DNA of 64,000 nucleotides. Origin: Octopus bimaculoides (Eukaryota). Below the pieces are notes generated by a model, which was given only the letters and a program-made list of their open reading frames with translations, ran no database searches and was not told the DNA's origin. This document shows positions 12,801 to 23,491 of this stretch, in pieces. Made by a program: the position numbers and the translations under genes. Where the stretch lies: NCBI RefSeq assembly GCF_001194135.2, contig NC_068986.1:115033039-115097038 (forward strand), written 5' to 3'. Positions within the stretch are counted from its first letter, which is position 1, and each line of letters opens with the position of its first letter.

Positions 12801-14665
12801 AGAATGATGAAAGGCGAAAACGACCTCGGTAGAAATTGAACTCAGAATTAATAAGAGGCATAAACAATGAAAACATAGGCTGTGTTGAAGCCAACATGAG
12901 TGTCATTATATGGTTGACCATCGTGAGAGAAATAGCAGTTAAATACCTGGGATATGTAATTCTAGCCAATGCATGCCTGAAACTAAGATTTGATGGTCAA
13001 GAATGAAATACATTTGATCACAGGTTTGTTGGGTTATCGTCGTTAATCTGCAGCTGAATAATGACACTAAGAGGATAGGTAAGTTTCTAGCCATGAAATA
13101 TAACAAATATTACCTTGCATGATAAAATAAACCTTGGCAGTCCTCTTCAGACGCTTCTGGTTCTCTTCAGTGCTCCAGTCAAATTTTAGTGCAGACTCAA
13201 ATCGGACAAACTCACTCGACTGCAACAGAAAACCATCAACGGGTGTTAAGGTAGGGGAAAGAGTTTGTGACGAAGCAAAACACCTTCGCAACCATAAACT
13301 TCTCAACTGTGAAAGCATCGGATCTCACAGGGCCAACTGGTAAGAAGAGGGGCTCAAATTAGGGTGAAGAGTCTATCGATTTCTTTATTGCCCACAGGGG
13401 GCTAAACATAGAGGGGACAAACAAGGACAGTCAAAGGGATTAAGTCGATTACATCGACCCCAGTGCGTAACTGGTACTTATTTAATCAACCCCCAAAAGG
13501 ATGAAAGGCAAAGCCGACCTCGGTGGAATTTGATCTCAGAATGTAACGGCAGATGAAATACCACTAAGCATCAACATTAGTCATCAGTCATCCATCAATC
13601 GTCATCATTATTCTTAAATCTGTATTTCTGTGCTTGCAGGGGTCAGACAAAACTTCACTGAGGCAGAATTAGAATTTATATGGTCAAAGGCCTTTCTTGA
13701 TGTTAACCTTGATCATGCAACAACGACCAGACTGGAGCTGCAGATAAGTAAAACAGTCTGTATGAATGGTGAGGCTTTTATTTGGTCGGTGCAGCCACAG
13801 AAAATGGTGAAACCACATAAGGTAATGCCATCCACCAGTGCTGCTGATTATTTTCTCAGGTGATATAGTCAGCATGTAACGAGCATGTATCGGCAACACA
13901 AGATCTCTCTCTGGATGTTATTAGCAGTTTAAAGGTGATCTTTAAACTGCTAATTTATTCAACATCATTTTAACATCCACTTTCCCACGAAGAAGACCCA
14001 ACAAGCTGAGCAACATTGCAGTCATGGCAGATACTGGTGTCATGCATATGGCACATGTGCCGGTGGCAAATAAAAGCATCCATTACACTCTCAGAGTGGT
14101 TGGCATTAGGAAGGGCATCTAGCTGTAGAAACCATGCCAGATCAGATTGGAGTCTGGTGCAGCCTTCCAGCTTACCAGCCCTGGTCAAACTGTCCAACCT
14201 GTGCCAGCATGGACAACGGATGATGATCCCGAAAGGATGAAAGGTAAAGCTAAACCCCGAAATGTAAAGACAGGTGAAATGCTGTTTGGCACATTCTCTG
14301 GTATATGACCGATTCTTGCAGTAACAAGAGTCAAGTAATTATCAAAGCTAAGTACACCATATCTAAGATGCTCATTGAGACGGAACCAGAATTATTTCAA
14401 GACAAATTTGGCGTTAGGAAGGGCATCCAGCTGTAGAAACTCTGCCAAATTAGACTGGAGCCTGGTGTTGCCATCCGGTTTCACCAGTCCTCAGTCAAAT
14501 CGTCCAACCCATGCTAGCATGGAAAGCGGACGTTAAACGATGATGATGATGATGATGATGAAATCATTGTAATTGACTGGATGGGAGCAAAGTTGTAAAA
14601 GGGAAACAAAAAAACAAGTTAAGTGAGTTTCAAATAAAAATGATCTATTTTGCCTCCATCCATAC

Positions 14666-14707
<42 letters not shown>

Positions 14708-17700
14708 GGTGACGAGCTGGCAGAATCGTTAGCACGCAGGACAAAATACTTAGCGGTATTTCGCCCGTTGCTATGTTCTGAGTTCAAATTCTGCTGAGCT
14801 CGGCATTACCTTTCATCCTTTTGGGGTCGATAGATTAAGTACCAGTTAAGTACTGGGGATTGATGTAATCAACTCATCTTCTCCCACAAAATTGCTACCC
14901 TTGTGGCAAAATTTGAAACCATTATTATTATTATTGCATGTGTGTGTCTGATAGTACACACAAGACAGAGAGGGAGAGTGTTAAATGGAGGTCATGTGAT
15001 TGATTTCTACATCACACCTCTTTTCTTGCATTTATAGAGAAGAGAGGAGATACATTAATGTAGGGGCAGTAGGGGGTGGAGAGACGTTTATGTAGAGGCG
15101 GTGGGAGGAAGGACATTAGCATAAAGCTGATAGAGGTGGTGGGAGAAGAGACATTTATGTAGCAGTGGTAGGAGGAGTGACACAAACGTAGAGGTGGTGG
15201 GAGGAGATATGTGGTGGTGGAGGAGGGAAAGACATTAACATGGTGGTGATAAGAGGAGTGACATCAAAGTGTGGGTGGTGGAGGGAGATAGACATTAACA
15301 TAGAACTGGTGGGAGGAGAGATTTATGTAGCAGTGGTAAGAGGAGATGTGTTAATGTGGTGGTGGAGGGAGATACATTAACATATAGCTGGTGGGAGGGG
15401 AGAGAATTACGCAGAGGTGGTAAGAGAGATGTTAACATAGTGGCAGTGGAGGGAGGGAGGGACATTAATGTAGATGTGGTGGGAAGCAAAACAATTAGCA
15501 TAGAGGTGGTAGTGATGGTGGGAGGAGACATTAATCAGATGACAAATAGGCGGGGGGGGGGTCACAGTGAGAGTGACAGAAGAAACAAGACAGAATCACC
15601 TACATTTTTGACAACAACAGTTTCCATGGCGATCTTAGCCCTCTTCTCTTTGGGTTCACCATTCTCACTTTCTTCTGTTTCCTTGGGTTTCGGTTTGGGA
15701 ATTTCTCTGAAAGACACAAGCGCAGCAGAGCGTGTACACAAAGATGCAACAGCAACATGATGCAGTAATGTTCAAGTGACCATCCCCACAGAGTAAAGAC
15801 GGACTGGAGTGGAACCACTCAGTCAAAGTGGCAGCTTGTATGGGATGGGTTGTAGTAGTTTAACCCCAGCTCAGCTCTTATCAAGCACAATTATGATTAA
15901 AGTATTCCAACCATGACTATCCTGTATTAGTTTCAGACAATATAGCCAGAACTACATTATCCAAAGTGTCCTTCCTAATTTTGAAGATGGTATGGTCAGG
16001 TTTAACAGAAATTGACTGCTGTTTCTAATACTTTGATTGACCATTTGGAGGCTCTCTTGCTGGGATGTGTTGTGTAGTGTGATGATGATGGTATGCCCTG
16101 TGGTAGTGTTAATGTATTACAGTGGTTCCCAACCTGGGGTCTGCAAAGGTGGTATTGGGGGTCAGTGAATTGAATTCAAAATTTTTGATACACACACACA
16201 CACACACACAAAGATAAGTATATTAAAAGGGGTCCGTAGGAAAACTCATTTAAATAAAAGGGTAGGGAATCACAGGTGTAGTATGATTATCAAACCATGT
16301 ATCTCAACAGAAATATGGTAACGAAAAGGTTAAAATATATAATAGACAAACAATTCTTAACCCTTTCGATACCAACCTGGCTGAAACTGGCTCTGGCTCA
16401 GTAATACAAATGTCTTGTTTTCATAAGTTCTGAATTAAAATCTTCTGCCAAACCTTAATCACAATTTATGCTCCTAATACTAGTTTAATGATAACTAAGT
16501 TATTTTACTAAATTCTTTGTTATATTTAAAGTAATTGAAAGAAACACAGAGCATCTCAATAGAAATATGGTAACAAAAGGGTTAATTAATCACGATTGAC
16601 ATAAAGACTCCCTCTCCTTATACACACAAAGAGAAATATGCCCACGTACATAAAGAGGGAGATCACGCGGGAGAGAACGAGAGGAAAGTTAAAATGTCTG
16701 ATGTTGAATAAGTCTGTATTGAATCAGTAGCGCCGAAGAGGTAGCACCAAAATAGCTGTGCCAAAATGTCCCAAACCTGAAGTGGAGAATTATGATGATG
16801 ATGATGATGATGACTAACAACAGGGTACTTACTCAGCAAACTCATGGCTGCCAAGATCAGAGAACATGAAACCAAAATATCCAAAGGCATCAGTAGCGAA
16901 GAACTTGATGTTATGCTCATGGCAGAGTTTGTTGATCCGACAGAGAGCATTACGGCAAGATGAGGTGATGCAGATCACATTGAACTGCTGGAAGAAGGTG
17001 TCAGGTTTGTCATCAACATTTGATGTATCAACTGTGATCTTAACAAGAGGATTCAGCTTCTGAGTGGCTTCCTGCGATGCTTCAGCACGCTGCAACAAAT
17101 GGAAGAGAAATAAAATATATACAGTTGTGCTGGTGGCACGTAAAAAGCACCATCTGAACATGGTCAATGCCAGTGCTGCTTGACCAGCTCCCGTACTGGT
17201 GGCATGTAAAAAGCACCATATGGGTGTGGTCGATGCCAGTGCTGCTTGACTGGTCTCATGCTGGTGGCACATAAAAGGCACCATCCAAGCAGAGTCAATG
17301 CCAGTGGTGCCTGACTGGTCCTGTGCTGGCGGCATGTAAAAAGCACCCATTACACTCTCTGAGTGTTTGGCATTAGGAAGGGCATCCAGCTGTAGAAACC
17401 TTGCCCGATCAGATTGGAGCCTGGTGCAGCCTCCTGGCTTGCCAGTCCCCAGTCCAACCATCCAACCCATGCCAGCATGTAAAACGGATGTTAAACGATG
17501 ATGATGATGATGACAGTCAAAAACTGGTGTATATAGCAAGGCATGTGTATACACACACCTATCATCATCATCATCATTCAGCCTGTTTTCTATCCTGGCA
17601 AGAGCTGGCCAGTTTGACAGGAGATGCTGAGCCAGAGAAGTGCATTAAACTCTAACATACGCTTTAGTAGGGTCTCTACAGCTAGATGCCTTTCCTAATG

Positions 17701-19582
17701 CCAACCCCTTTACTGAGTGTACTGGGTGCTGTTTTATGGCGTTGGCACTAGTCAAGTTAACAAGTAACTCATAAGACAAGATCCCCTCGAATGAGTGGGG
17801 GCTAGCTTTGTGCCATATACACATATATACTTATATTCTCCATCATCCCCAGTTACATATGTCCACAATGCCCATGCTAGCATGGATTGGATTGCCCTTC
17901 ATGATGCCAATGAAATTAGCAGACCCTGTGTGTGTGCATATCTATGTAAATATATATAAATGCATATATATATATATTTCATCATCGTCGTTTAACGGCT
18001 GCTTTCTATGCTGGAAGGCTGCACCAGGCTCCAATCCGATCTGGCAAAGTTTCTACAGCTGGATACGCCAACCACTCCAGGAGTGTAGTGGGTGCTTTTT
18101 ACAGGTCACTGGCACGAGGGCCAGTCAGGTGGGACTGGTATCGACCGCACTTGAATGGTGCTTTTTACATGCCACCGGCATGGGACCAGTCAGTCGGCAC
18201 TGTGTGTGTGTAGTACTGAAAAACAACCTTAAGATGCTGAACCTTTTAGGCGAGATGACTGGCACCCTGCTGTACTCAAGAAGACCTGTATTCCACAGCA
18301 GAAATTTTAAGGCTGGTCCCTCTGGTGGTGAAGAGCACTCATGTGTCATGTAAAAGCACCCAGTCCACTCTGAAGTGGTTGGCATTAGGAAGGGCATCCA
18401 GCCAGAGAAACCATGCCAAATCATACTGGAGTCTAGTGCAGCTCTCCAGCTTGCTAGCTATGATCAAACTGTACAACAATGCCAGCATGGACAATGGACA
18501 TTAAATGATGAAGATATATATATACACACACCTATTTATATACATACACACATCTTTCTCCTCCTCTCTCTCTATACACATACACACACAGTCTCCATTG
18601 GTCAACTTGAGGTGACAGTAAAGGACACTCCCACAAAGTGTTGCTCGATTGGGTCAGACAAGGAACTATGAGGTTGCAGAGTGGACACTGCAAGCACATA
18701 GCCATGTCTATATTCATTTCCACAATACAGAAATTCATTAGAATAATAATAATAAGAAGAAGACTGAGAGAGAAAATGTGGAGGCTGCAATGTGCAATAC
18801 TTACATTACGTCCAACATCATCTCTAGATACCAAGAATTGGTTGCAGCGGTCTTCTTCAGTCACCTGTAAGGTAGACAATGGCAAGAGAAAGATTCATTA
18901 CAATGAAGAAAAAAAGAAGAAAAAAAACCAATAAACCAGTAAATTCATCTTTGCAGTATGTTTATTAATATGTACTTGTCATTAATGCCATCTTTACAAA
19001 GTATGTATTTATACTCAAGGTTCAATAAATAATATTGCTAAAATACCAAACCTGCCACATGTATTTATGTAAAACCCATCAAATTCCTCACAATCGTCAC
19101 TATCTGTTTCTAAAAGTTTCTCATACATATCACAAGATTCATCACATATGCCATCATTGTAAGGACTCCAGTCAGATTCTGGTGAATTGACTTTGACTTT
19201 GTAGTTGCTGTTGTACAGAATATCGTCTTCGGTACCATCCATGGTATTAGCAATACTATACTTTTTAAATGATTTTATCACATTTTCTACTTCAACTTTG
19301 TCACACGCCTTTATAACAAAATCACAAAGAACATCACATGCATAGCTCCACCATTTGTAAAAGATTTTTCTCCATTCATTCCATTGCTCTCTTACATTAA
19401 CTCTGAATGGTTTGTTTAAACTGACAGCCTGTGTCATGCTGAATCTCCCCCGAGAACTATGTTAAGGGTACATGTGTCTGTGGAGTTCTCAGCCACTTGC
19501 ATGTTAATTTCACGAGCAAGCTGTTCCGTTGATCGGATCAACTGGAACCCTCATCATTGTAACTGATGGAGTGCCACGATAT

Positions 19583-19631
<49 letters not shown>

Positions 19632-22600
19632 TGATTGTGTGTATGTTTGTGTCTCCTTATTTTGACATGATTGTTGAAAATAAAAAGTCATTCATTTCTG
19701 ATATTTTGCAGAAACATGTTGTTTGGCCATGGCAAAATATTACCTGGTTGTTTGGAAACAGGTAAGACACTCTGCCTCAATAGACTCTATCTGGCCAAGG
19801 TGAGCATGGAGAAGAGGACATTAAAAACGATGATGATGATAATATAGCACTGGAGGGAAATAATATATAAAGTTTATGTATTTAGCCCCGGGTTGAAGAA
19901 GGAAGAAGCTGCAACCTTCAACTCTAGACTTTGATAGATATACATCAACAGCCTTTCCTGTTTATATAACAAAAGAAAATTGACAGAGAAAGAGAGTGCT
20001 TTATCACCTTTTTATGATCCAACAGTGTGAGGGAGTTAATTCCAGAAAGGACAATATTCTTAGCAACCTCAGCTCCAAGACCTGACAATCCAACCAGAAG
20101 GACTTTTGCTGCTCGCAACCTAAAAATAGAAAATGGCATCAGAACATCTGCAAGATGCACAAGTCAATGAGATCCTCTAGGTGATTTCTTAACCTGTTCA
20201 AAATCTTCATATTCTATCATCTTAAATTGGAGACATTGGATGGCGTTAGGAAGGGCATCCAGCTGTAGAAACTCTGCCAAATCAGATTGGAGCCTGGTAT
20301 AACCATCTGGTTTCACCAGTCCTCAGTCAAATCGTCCAACCCATGCTAGCATGGAAAGCGGACGTTAAACGACGATGATGATGATGATGATGGATGGTGT
20401 TATCCAAGGTACACTAAGCTCGAAAACAAACCTGGATGATCAGCGATAAACTGCTTTTAATAAGGGCTCCACAACATGATGTTAATGCTCAATGTGACAA
20501 GGAAGATAAAGACATTTTGGATTCCCATTCTTCCTTGTCACTCATATCTCTGTCTTACAGGGATGGTTGTGGATTTAAGGAGCTCCTTTGGTAATGGTCA
20601 TTTACTACATCCTCAAGCTGACCAAAGCCTTGAGAGTTAAACTTGATACACACAAAATGCATGGAAGACTTGTTCCTTGTCTTGGGTGGTAGACTTAATC
20701 TGATGGCCAAAGAAAAGGATCAAAGTTGAGACCAAAAGAGTTTTGATTGCAGCACCAGACTAAAGCCTTACCAAATTCTGTAGCCTCAAACAAGTGGTCT
20801 TATTCAAGATGAGAAGCTGTGAGTAAGTAACAAATCAGCTATGAGTTGTCAGTTAAATATTGGGTACTTAAACGGTAATGACATTTTTGATAAATAGCAA
20901 AAGATGGAAGAACTATCAACTGAAGACCATTGACCATATATAGTAAAGTTCACAGAGATGTCATCATCGTTTAACGTCTGCTTTCCATGCTAGCATGGGT
21001 TGGACGATATGACTGAGGACTGGCAAACCAGATGGCTGCACCAGGCTCATATCTGATCTGGCAGAGTTTCTACAGCTGGATGCCCTTCCTAACGCCAACC
21101 ACTCTGAGAGTGTAATGGGTGCTTTTATGTGCCACCGGCACAAGGGCCAGTCAGGCGGTACTGGCAACAACCACACTCAAGGTCCGTCATCAGAAAGGGA
21201 AAGACGATAGCACTGAAAATATAGGCACTATCATGCTATTAGCTGTCAGAAGTGAAAGTGCTCACTGCTAGTGAAGTATCTGTCTGTCTGCCTGTCTGTT
21301 GCTGGCCTGTCGATTCTTTGGCTACTGACAGCTAATACCATGACTGGCCGAAGCGAGCTATTTGTCTGTCTGTCTCTCTCTCTATCTATCTATCTATTAT
21401 TCGAAAGTTCGCGCGTCCGAGCTAGCTAGTCGTGAGTAGAAAACACAAATTTAATATAAAAACATATTTCCTGAAATTGCAAATTATTTAAAATATAAAA
21501 ATATAATTTTCAACAGAGAGAATTTATCAAAATAGAAAACAAATGAGGTTTGAAGTTTAAAAATAATAGGATCGACCACTCACGACTAGCTAGCGCGGAC
21601 GCGCGAACTTTCGAGTAATAGATAGATAGATAGAGAGAGAGACAGACAGACAGACATATAGCTCGCTCCGGCCAGTCATGGTATTAGCTGTCAGTAGCCA
21701 AAGAATCGACAGGCCAGCAACAGGCAGGCAGACAGACAGACAGATACTTCACTAGCAGTGAGCACTTTCACTTCTGACAGCTAATAGCATGATAGTGCCA
21801 AAATATAAGTACTGTTACCCCAAAAGTATATAAACTTATTTGAATTTGAAAAATGGGAACAATTTTTGCTGATGCAAATCATGATTGTCTTCCTTAGAGT
21901 TTAGTTGTTATTTGCCATTGACTATATGGCTAGTAAGTTAGTATAAATTAACAGATATAATTAGAAGTGGATCTAGAGAAAATATAATAGTTAAGATGAG
22001 AATATAGAGAAAGACAAAAGGCGGTGAGCTGGCAGAGTGGTTAGCACGCCGGGCGAAATGCTTATTTCGTCTGTCTTTACGTTCTGAGTTGAAATTCCGC
22101 CGAGGTCGACTTTGCCTTTCATCCTTTCGGGGTGGATAAATTAAGTACCAGTTGCGTACGGAGGTCGATCTAATCGACTGGCCCCCTCCCGCAAAATTTC
22201 GGATCTTGTGCCTGGAGTAGAAAAGAATATAGTGGGAGACAAAAAAGTCTTCCTACAGCGAAAATGTCGCAATGAGATATAAGCGTTGAAACCAAATTAG
22301 TCACTAAAAAGTAACCCTTTTGATTTCCACTGACTATCGCTTTATGTGTTTTCAGTCAGTATAAAAAAGAAAATATGTGACTAGTCTAATTATAAATAGA
22401 AGGGTCGAAATCAGAGGTACTATAAACTGAAGAGACAACAGAAATTCATCGTGACCGCCAAACGGAATAAGTTTGACAAAGTGGTACATTAAACTCAAAG
22501 ATTGCCTATGGCAGTTGTATGCTCACAGTGCTAATTCATGTACTTGGATAATTAATAACCACGTCTCGCTCACGTTCGTTAAGTAAAGTGATCACAAAAT

Positions 22601-23442
22601 ACTTGGACGATCCGACTGAAGTAATGGGAATGTCGCACTAGCTGCGAGAAGACCGGAAATCTAAAAACTGAAATCCCCATTCTGAGATGTTACAGTACAT
22701 AAGATTTTCGTTTCGGTACTCAATTCCGGTTTTTGGCTTAAGCAGCAACACACACTGCTTCTAATTCATAAAAGAACTCATTGATTGATGGTTAAACGTG
22801 ATATGTACTAATAATCGAATGAGAATAAAGTATAGACTGATATGAAAAATTAGAACCAAACCGGAACGAAAACAAATAAAATTGTAGGAAATTATAAATA
22901 TTGGAACGAACGCAAAAACGGAAAGAGATGAACGAAAATGTAACAGATTAAAAAAAAAGGTTGTTTGATCTACACATTTTAGTCGATCGATTCCTCACCA
23001 ATTCGTTGTATATCTCTTAGTTCTATAACCATTTGTATTGTTAGCAGGTGCGTGAGTTAGAGAGAGATATATTATTAATAGCAGTTACTAGATTTAAAGA
23101 CCACCTCGCAAGAAATTTATACATACATATCAGACTTTATATACAAAATAAGGAATGAAAAGAGACGTGTCTGTAGCGGAGATGTTGATGATAAGAGAGT
23201 AAAGGCGTGAATGGGAAGCCGGGTTGTGGAGAAAGAAAGACTTGCGAGATGGACATGTGGTTGACGGGAGTGAGAGGTTTTCAAAGTAATCAAGGAGAAA
23301 AGGTTTCCATGGCTGCTGTGTTAGGTGTTGCTTAATCATTGAGGTGCAGGTTTGTTTACCTTTTCTGTGCTTCCAGACCCCACAGACGGATTTGTCTGTC
23401 GTACAAAGCAGCTTCGTCTTCGCTCAGTCTCTCTTCCACCAT
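6787..23442 (-). CDS. SAE1: SUMO-activating enzyme subunit 1 (SAE1/Aos1), complete spliced gene, 9 coding exons, 340 aa
   Basis: join of 23360-23442, 20008-20119, 18805-18864, 16833-17089, 15604-15706, 13114-13219, 11911-12055, 9699-9768, 6787-6873 = 1023 nt. All introns are GT-AG with consistent phases. Motifs: YDRQIRLWG, GLSGLG nucleotide-binding loop, PHNNFFFFDG. Confidence 0.96.
6936..7622. mobile_element. hAT (Charlie-like) MITE with a nested family-1 repeat
   Basis: Imperfect TIRs CAGGGATGGGTAAC / GTTGCCCATGCATG. Flanks ATCTAAAG (6928-6935) and ATATAAAG (7623-7630) match at 7/8, consistent with an 8-bp TSD. Confidence 0.6.
8428..8800 (-). mobile_element. tRNA-derived SINE (family 3)
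   Basis: Reverse complement of the 10061-10498 copy. Other approximate copies or fragments: 6225-6620, 26730-26925, 27255-27470, 44050-44200, 44610-44770, 51590-51950, 54630-54730, 58070-58220. Confidence 0.8.
9699..9768 (-). CDS. SAE1: SAE1 exon 8
   Basis: ttttag|(S)HCFAELCPVSAIVGGVLSQEIIK|gtaagt, 70 nt. Confidence 0.95.
10061..10498 (+). mobile_element. tRNA-derived SINE (family 3), near full length, contains a 10-N gap
   Basis: A/B-box-like head GGCTGTGTAGTAAG...GGTTCAGTCCC, a CORE-like TTGGGCAAGTGTCTT segment, and tail GACTGAAACAAGTAAAAGAG. Confidence 0.8.
11911..12055 (-). CDS. SAE1: SAE1 exon 7
   Basis: tttcag|(V)MLKFLERHGRHPSVKSKTSDMEELMKLRTEVLESLSVKQEVLTDYFV(S)|gtaatt, 145 nt. Confidence 0.93.
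12085..12430 (+). mobile_element. Non-LTR retrotransposon 3' fragment with restriction-like endonuclease (R4/Dong/Hero-type)
   Basis: IWDMPIHTDKEIKANRPDLVVRD...FLIDVSIP...KYKDLEIEVTRMW..IPIIVDALG matches the RLE PD-(D/E)xK C-terminus. A related short fragment (IVIGALGM..ADCY) lies at ~25452-25499. Confidence 0.85.
13114..13219 (-). CDS. SAE1: SAE1 exon 6
   Basis: ttgcag|SSEFVRFESALKFDWSTEENQKRLKRTAKVYFIMQ(V)|gtaata, 106 nt. Confidence 0.93.
15050..15540. repeat. Degenerate G-rich minisatellite (~27-30-bp unit)
   Basis: Repeated GACATTAA(T/C)(G/A)TAG..GTGGTGGGAGGAGA-like units. Confidence 0.65.
15604..15706 (-). CDS. SAE1: SAE1 exon 5
   Basis: tttcag|(E)EIPKPKPKETEESENGEPKEKRAKIAMETVVVKN|gtaggt, 103 nt, including the basic KRAK NLS-like segment. 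Confidence 0.9.
16120..16275. mobile_element. Old hAT-type MITE
   Basis: Imperfect TIRs CAGTGGTTCCCAACC / GGTAGGGAATCACAG. The 8-bp flanks ATGTATTA and GTGTAGTA match at 6/8. Confidence 0.5.
16361..16581. mobile_element. piggyBac-type MITE
   Basis: TTAA|CCCTTTCGATACC...GGTAACAAAAGGG|TTAA. A second copy of the right end lies at ~16300-16333. Confidence 0.7.
16833..17089 (-). CDS. SAE1: SAE1 exon 4
   Basis: ttgcag|RAEASQEATQKLNPLVKITVD...FGYFGFMFSDLGSHEFA(E)|gtaagt, 257 nt. Confidence 0.95.
18805..18864 (-). CDS. SAE1: SAE1 exon 3
   Basis: ttacag|VTEEDRCNQFLVSRDDVGRN|gtaagt, 60 nt, phase 0/0. Confidence 0.93.
19015..19437 (-). mobile_element. pogo/Tigger-family transposase C-terminal remnant
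   Basis: VSLNKPFRVNVREQWNEW...VIKSFKKYSIANTMDGTEDDIL matches the pogo DDE C-terminal pattern. Truncated at its 5' side by a family-4 SINE tail (19438-19578). Confidence 0.75.
20008..20119 (-). CDS. SAE1: SAE1 exon 2
   Basis: tttttag|(R)LRAAKVLLVGLSGLGAEVAKNIVLSGINSLTLLDHKK|gtgata, 112 nt. Confidence 0.96.
21224..21799. mobile_element. Foldback/MITE with ~215-bp TIRs and 8-bp TSD (Mutator/Foldback-like)
   Basis: 21224-21437 is the near-perfect reverse complement of 21578-21799, with a 140-bp AT-rich spacer. AAAATATA lies at both 21216-21223 and 21800-21807. Confidence 0.9.
22020..22226 (+). mobile_element. tRNA-derived SINE (family 2)
   Basis: GGCGGTGAGCTGGCAGA..GTTAGCACG...GAGTT(C/G)AAATTCCGCCGAGGTCGACTTTGCCTTTCATCCTTTCGGGG. 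Approximate copies: 13370-13570(-), 14706-14910(+), 24840-25085(-), 25645-25810(+), 25909-26120(+), 45250-45470(-), 48425-48640(+), 49020-49240(+), 50110-50330(-), 59400-59630(+), 59720-59930(-). Confidence 0.8.
23360..23442 (-). CDS. SAE1: SAE1 exon 1 (coding part)
   Basis: aaaaATGG Kozak-like start with an in-frame TGA two codons upstream. MVEERLSEDEAALYDRQIRLWGLEAQK(R)|gtaaac. Confidence 0.96.
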
Positions 23443-23470
23443 TTTTCAAGCTATGTCAATGAAGTTTCTC

Positions 23471-23491
23471 ATTGGTCGAAATCTGACCAAT
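23471..23491. promoter_or_regulatory. Inverted pair of CCAAT boxes, SAE1 proximal promoter candidate
   Basis: ATTGGTC-gaaatct-GACCAAT, 29-49 nt upstream of the SAE1 ATG. Confidence 0.55.

Noticed and set aside
13630-13863. 77-aa ORF in SAE1 intron 5
   Set aside because: No recognisable motif or splice context, and other frames are stop-rich.
16829-17554. 241-aa ORF read as a single gene
   Set aside because: Only 16833-17089 is SAE1 exon 4; the upstream part is read-through of a family-1 repeat.
21161-21200. CTGATGA on the minus strand next to the foldback element
   Set aside because: No stem II-GAAA follows; the sequence is cut by a family-1 repeat.
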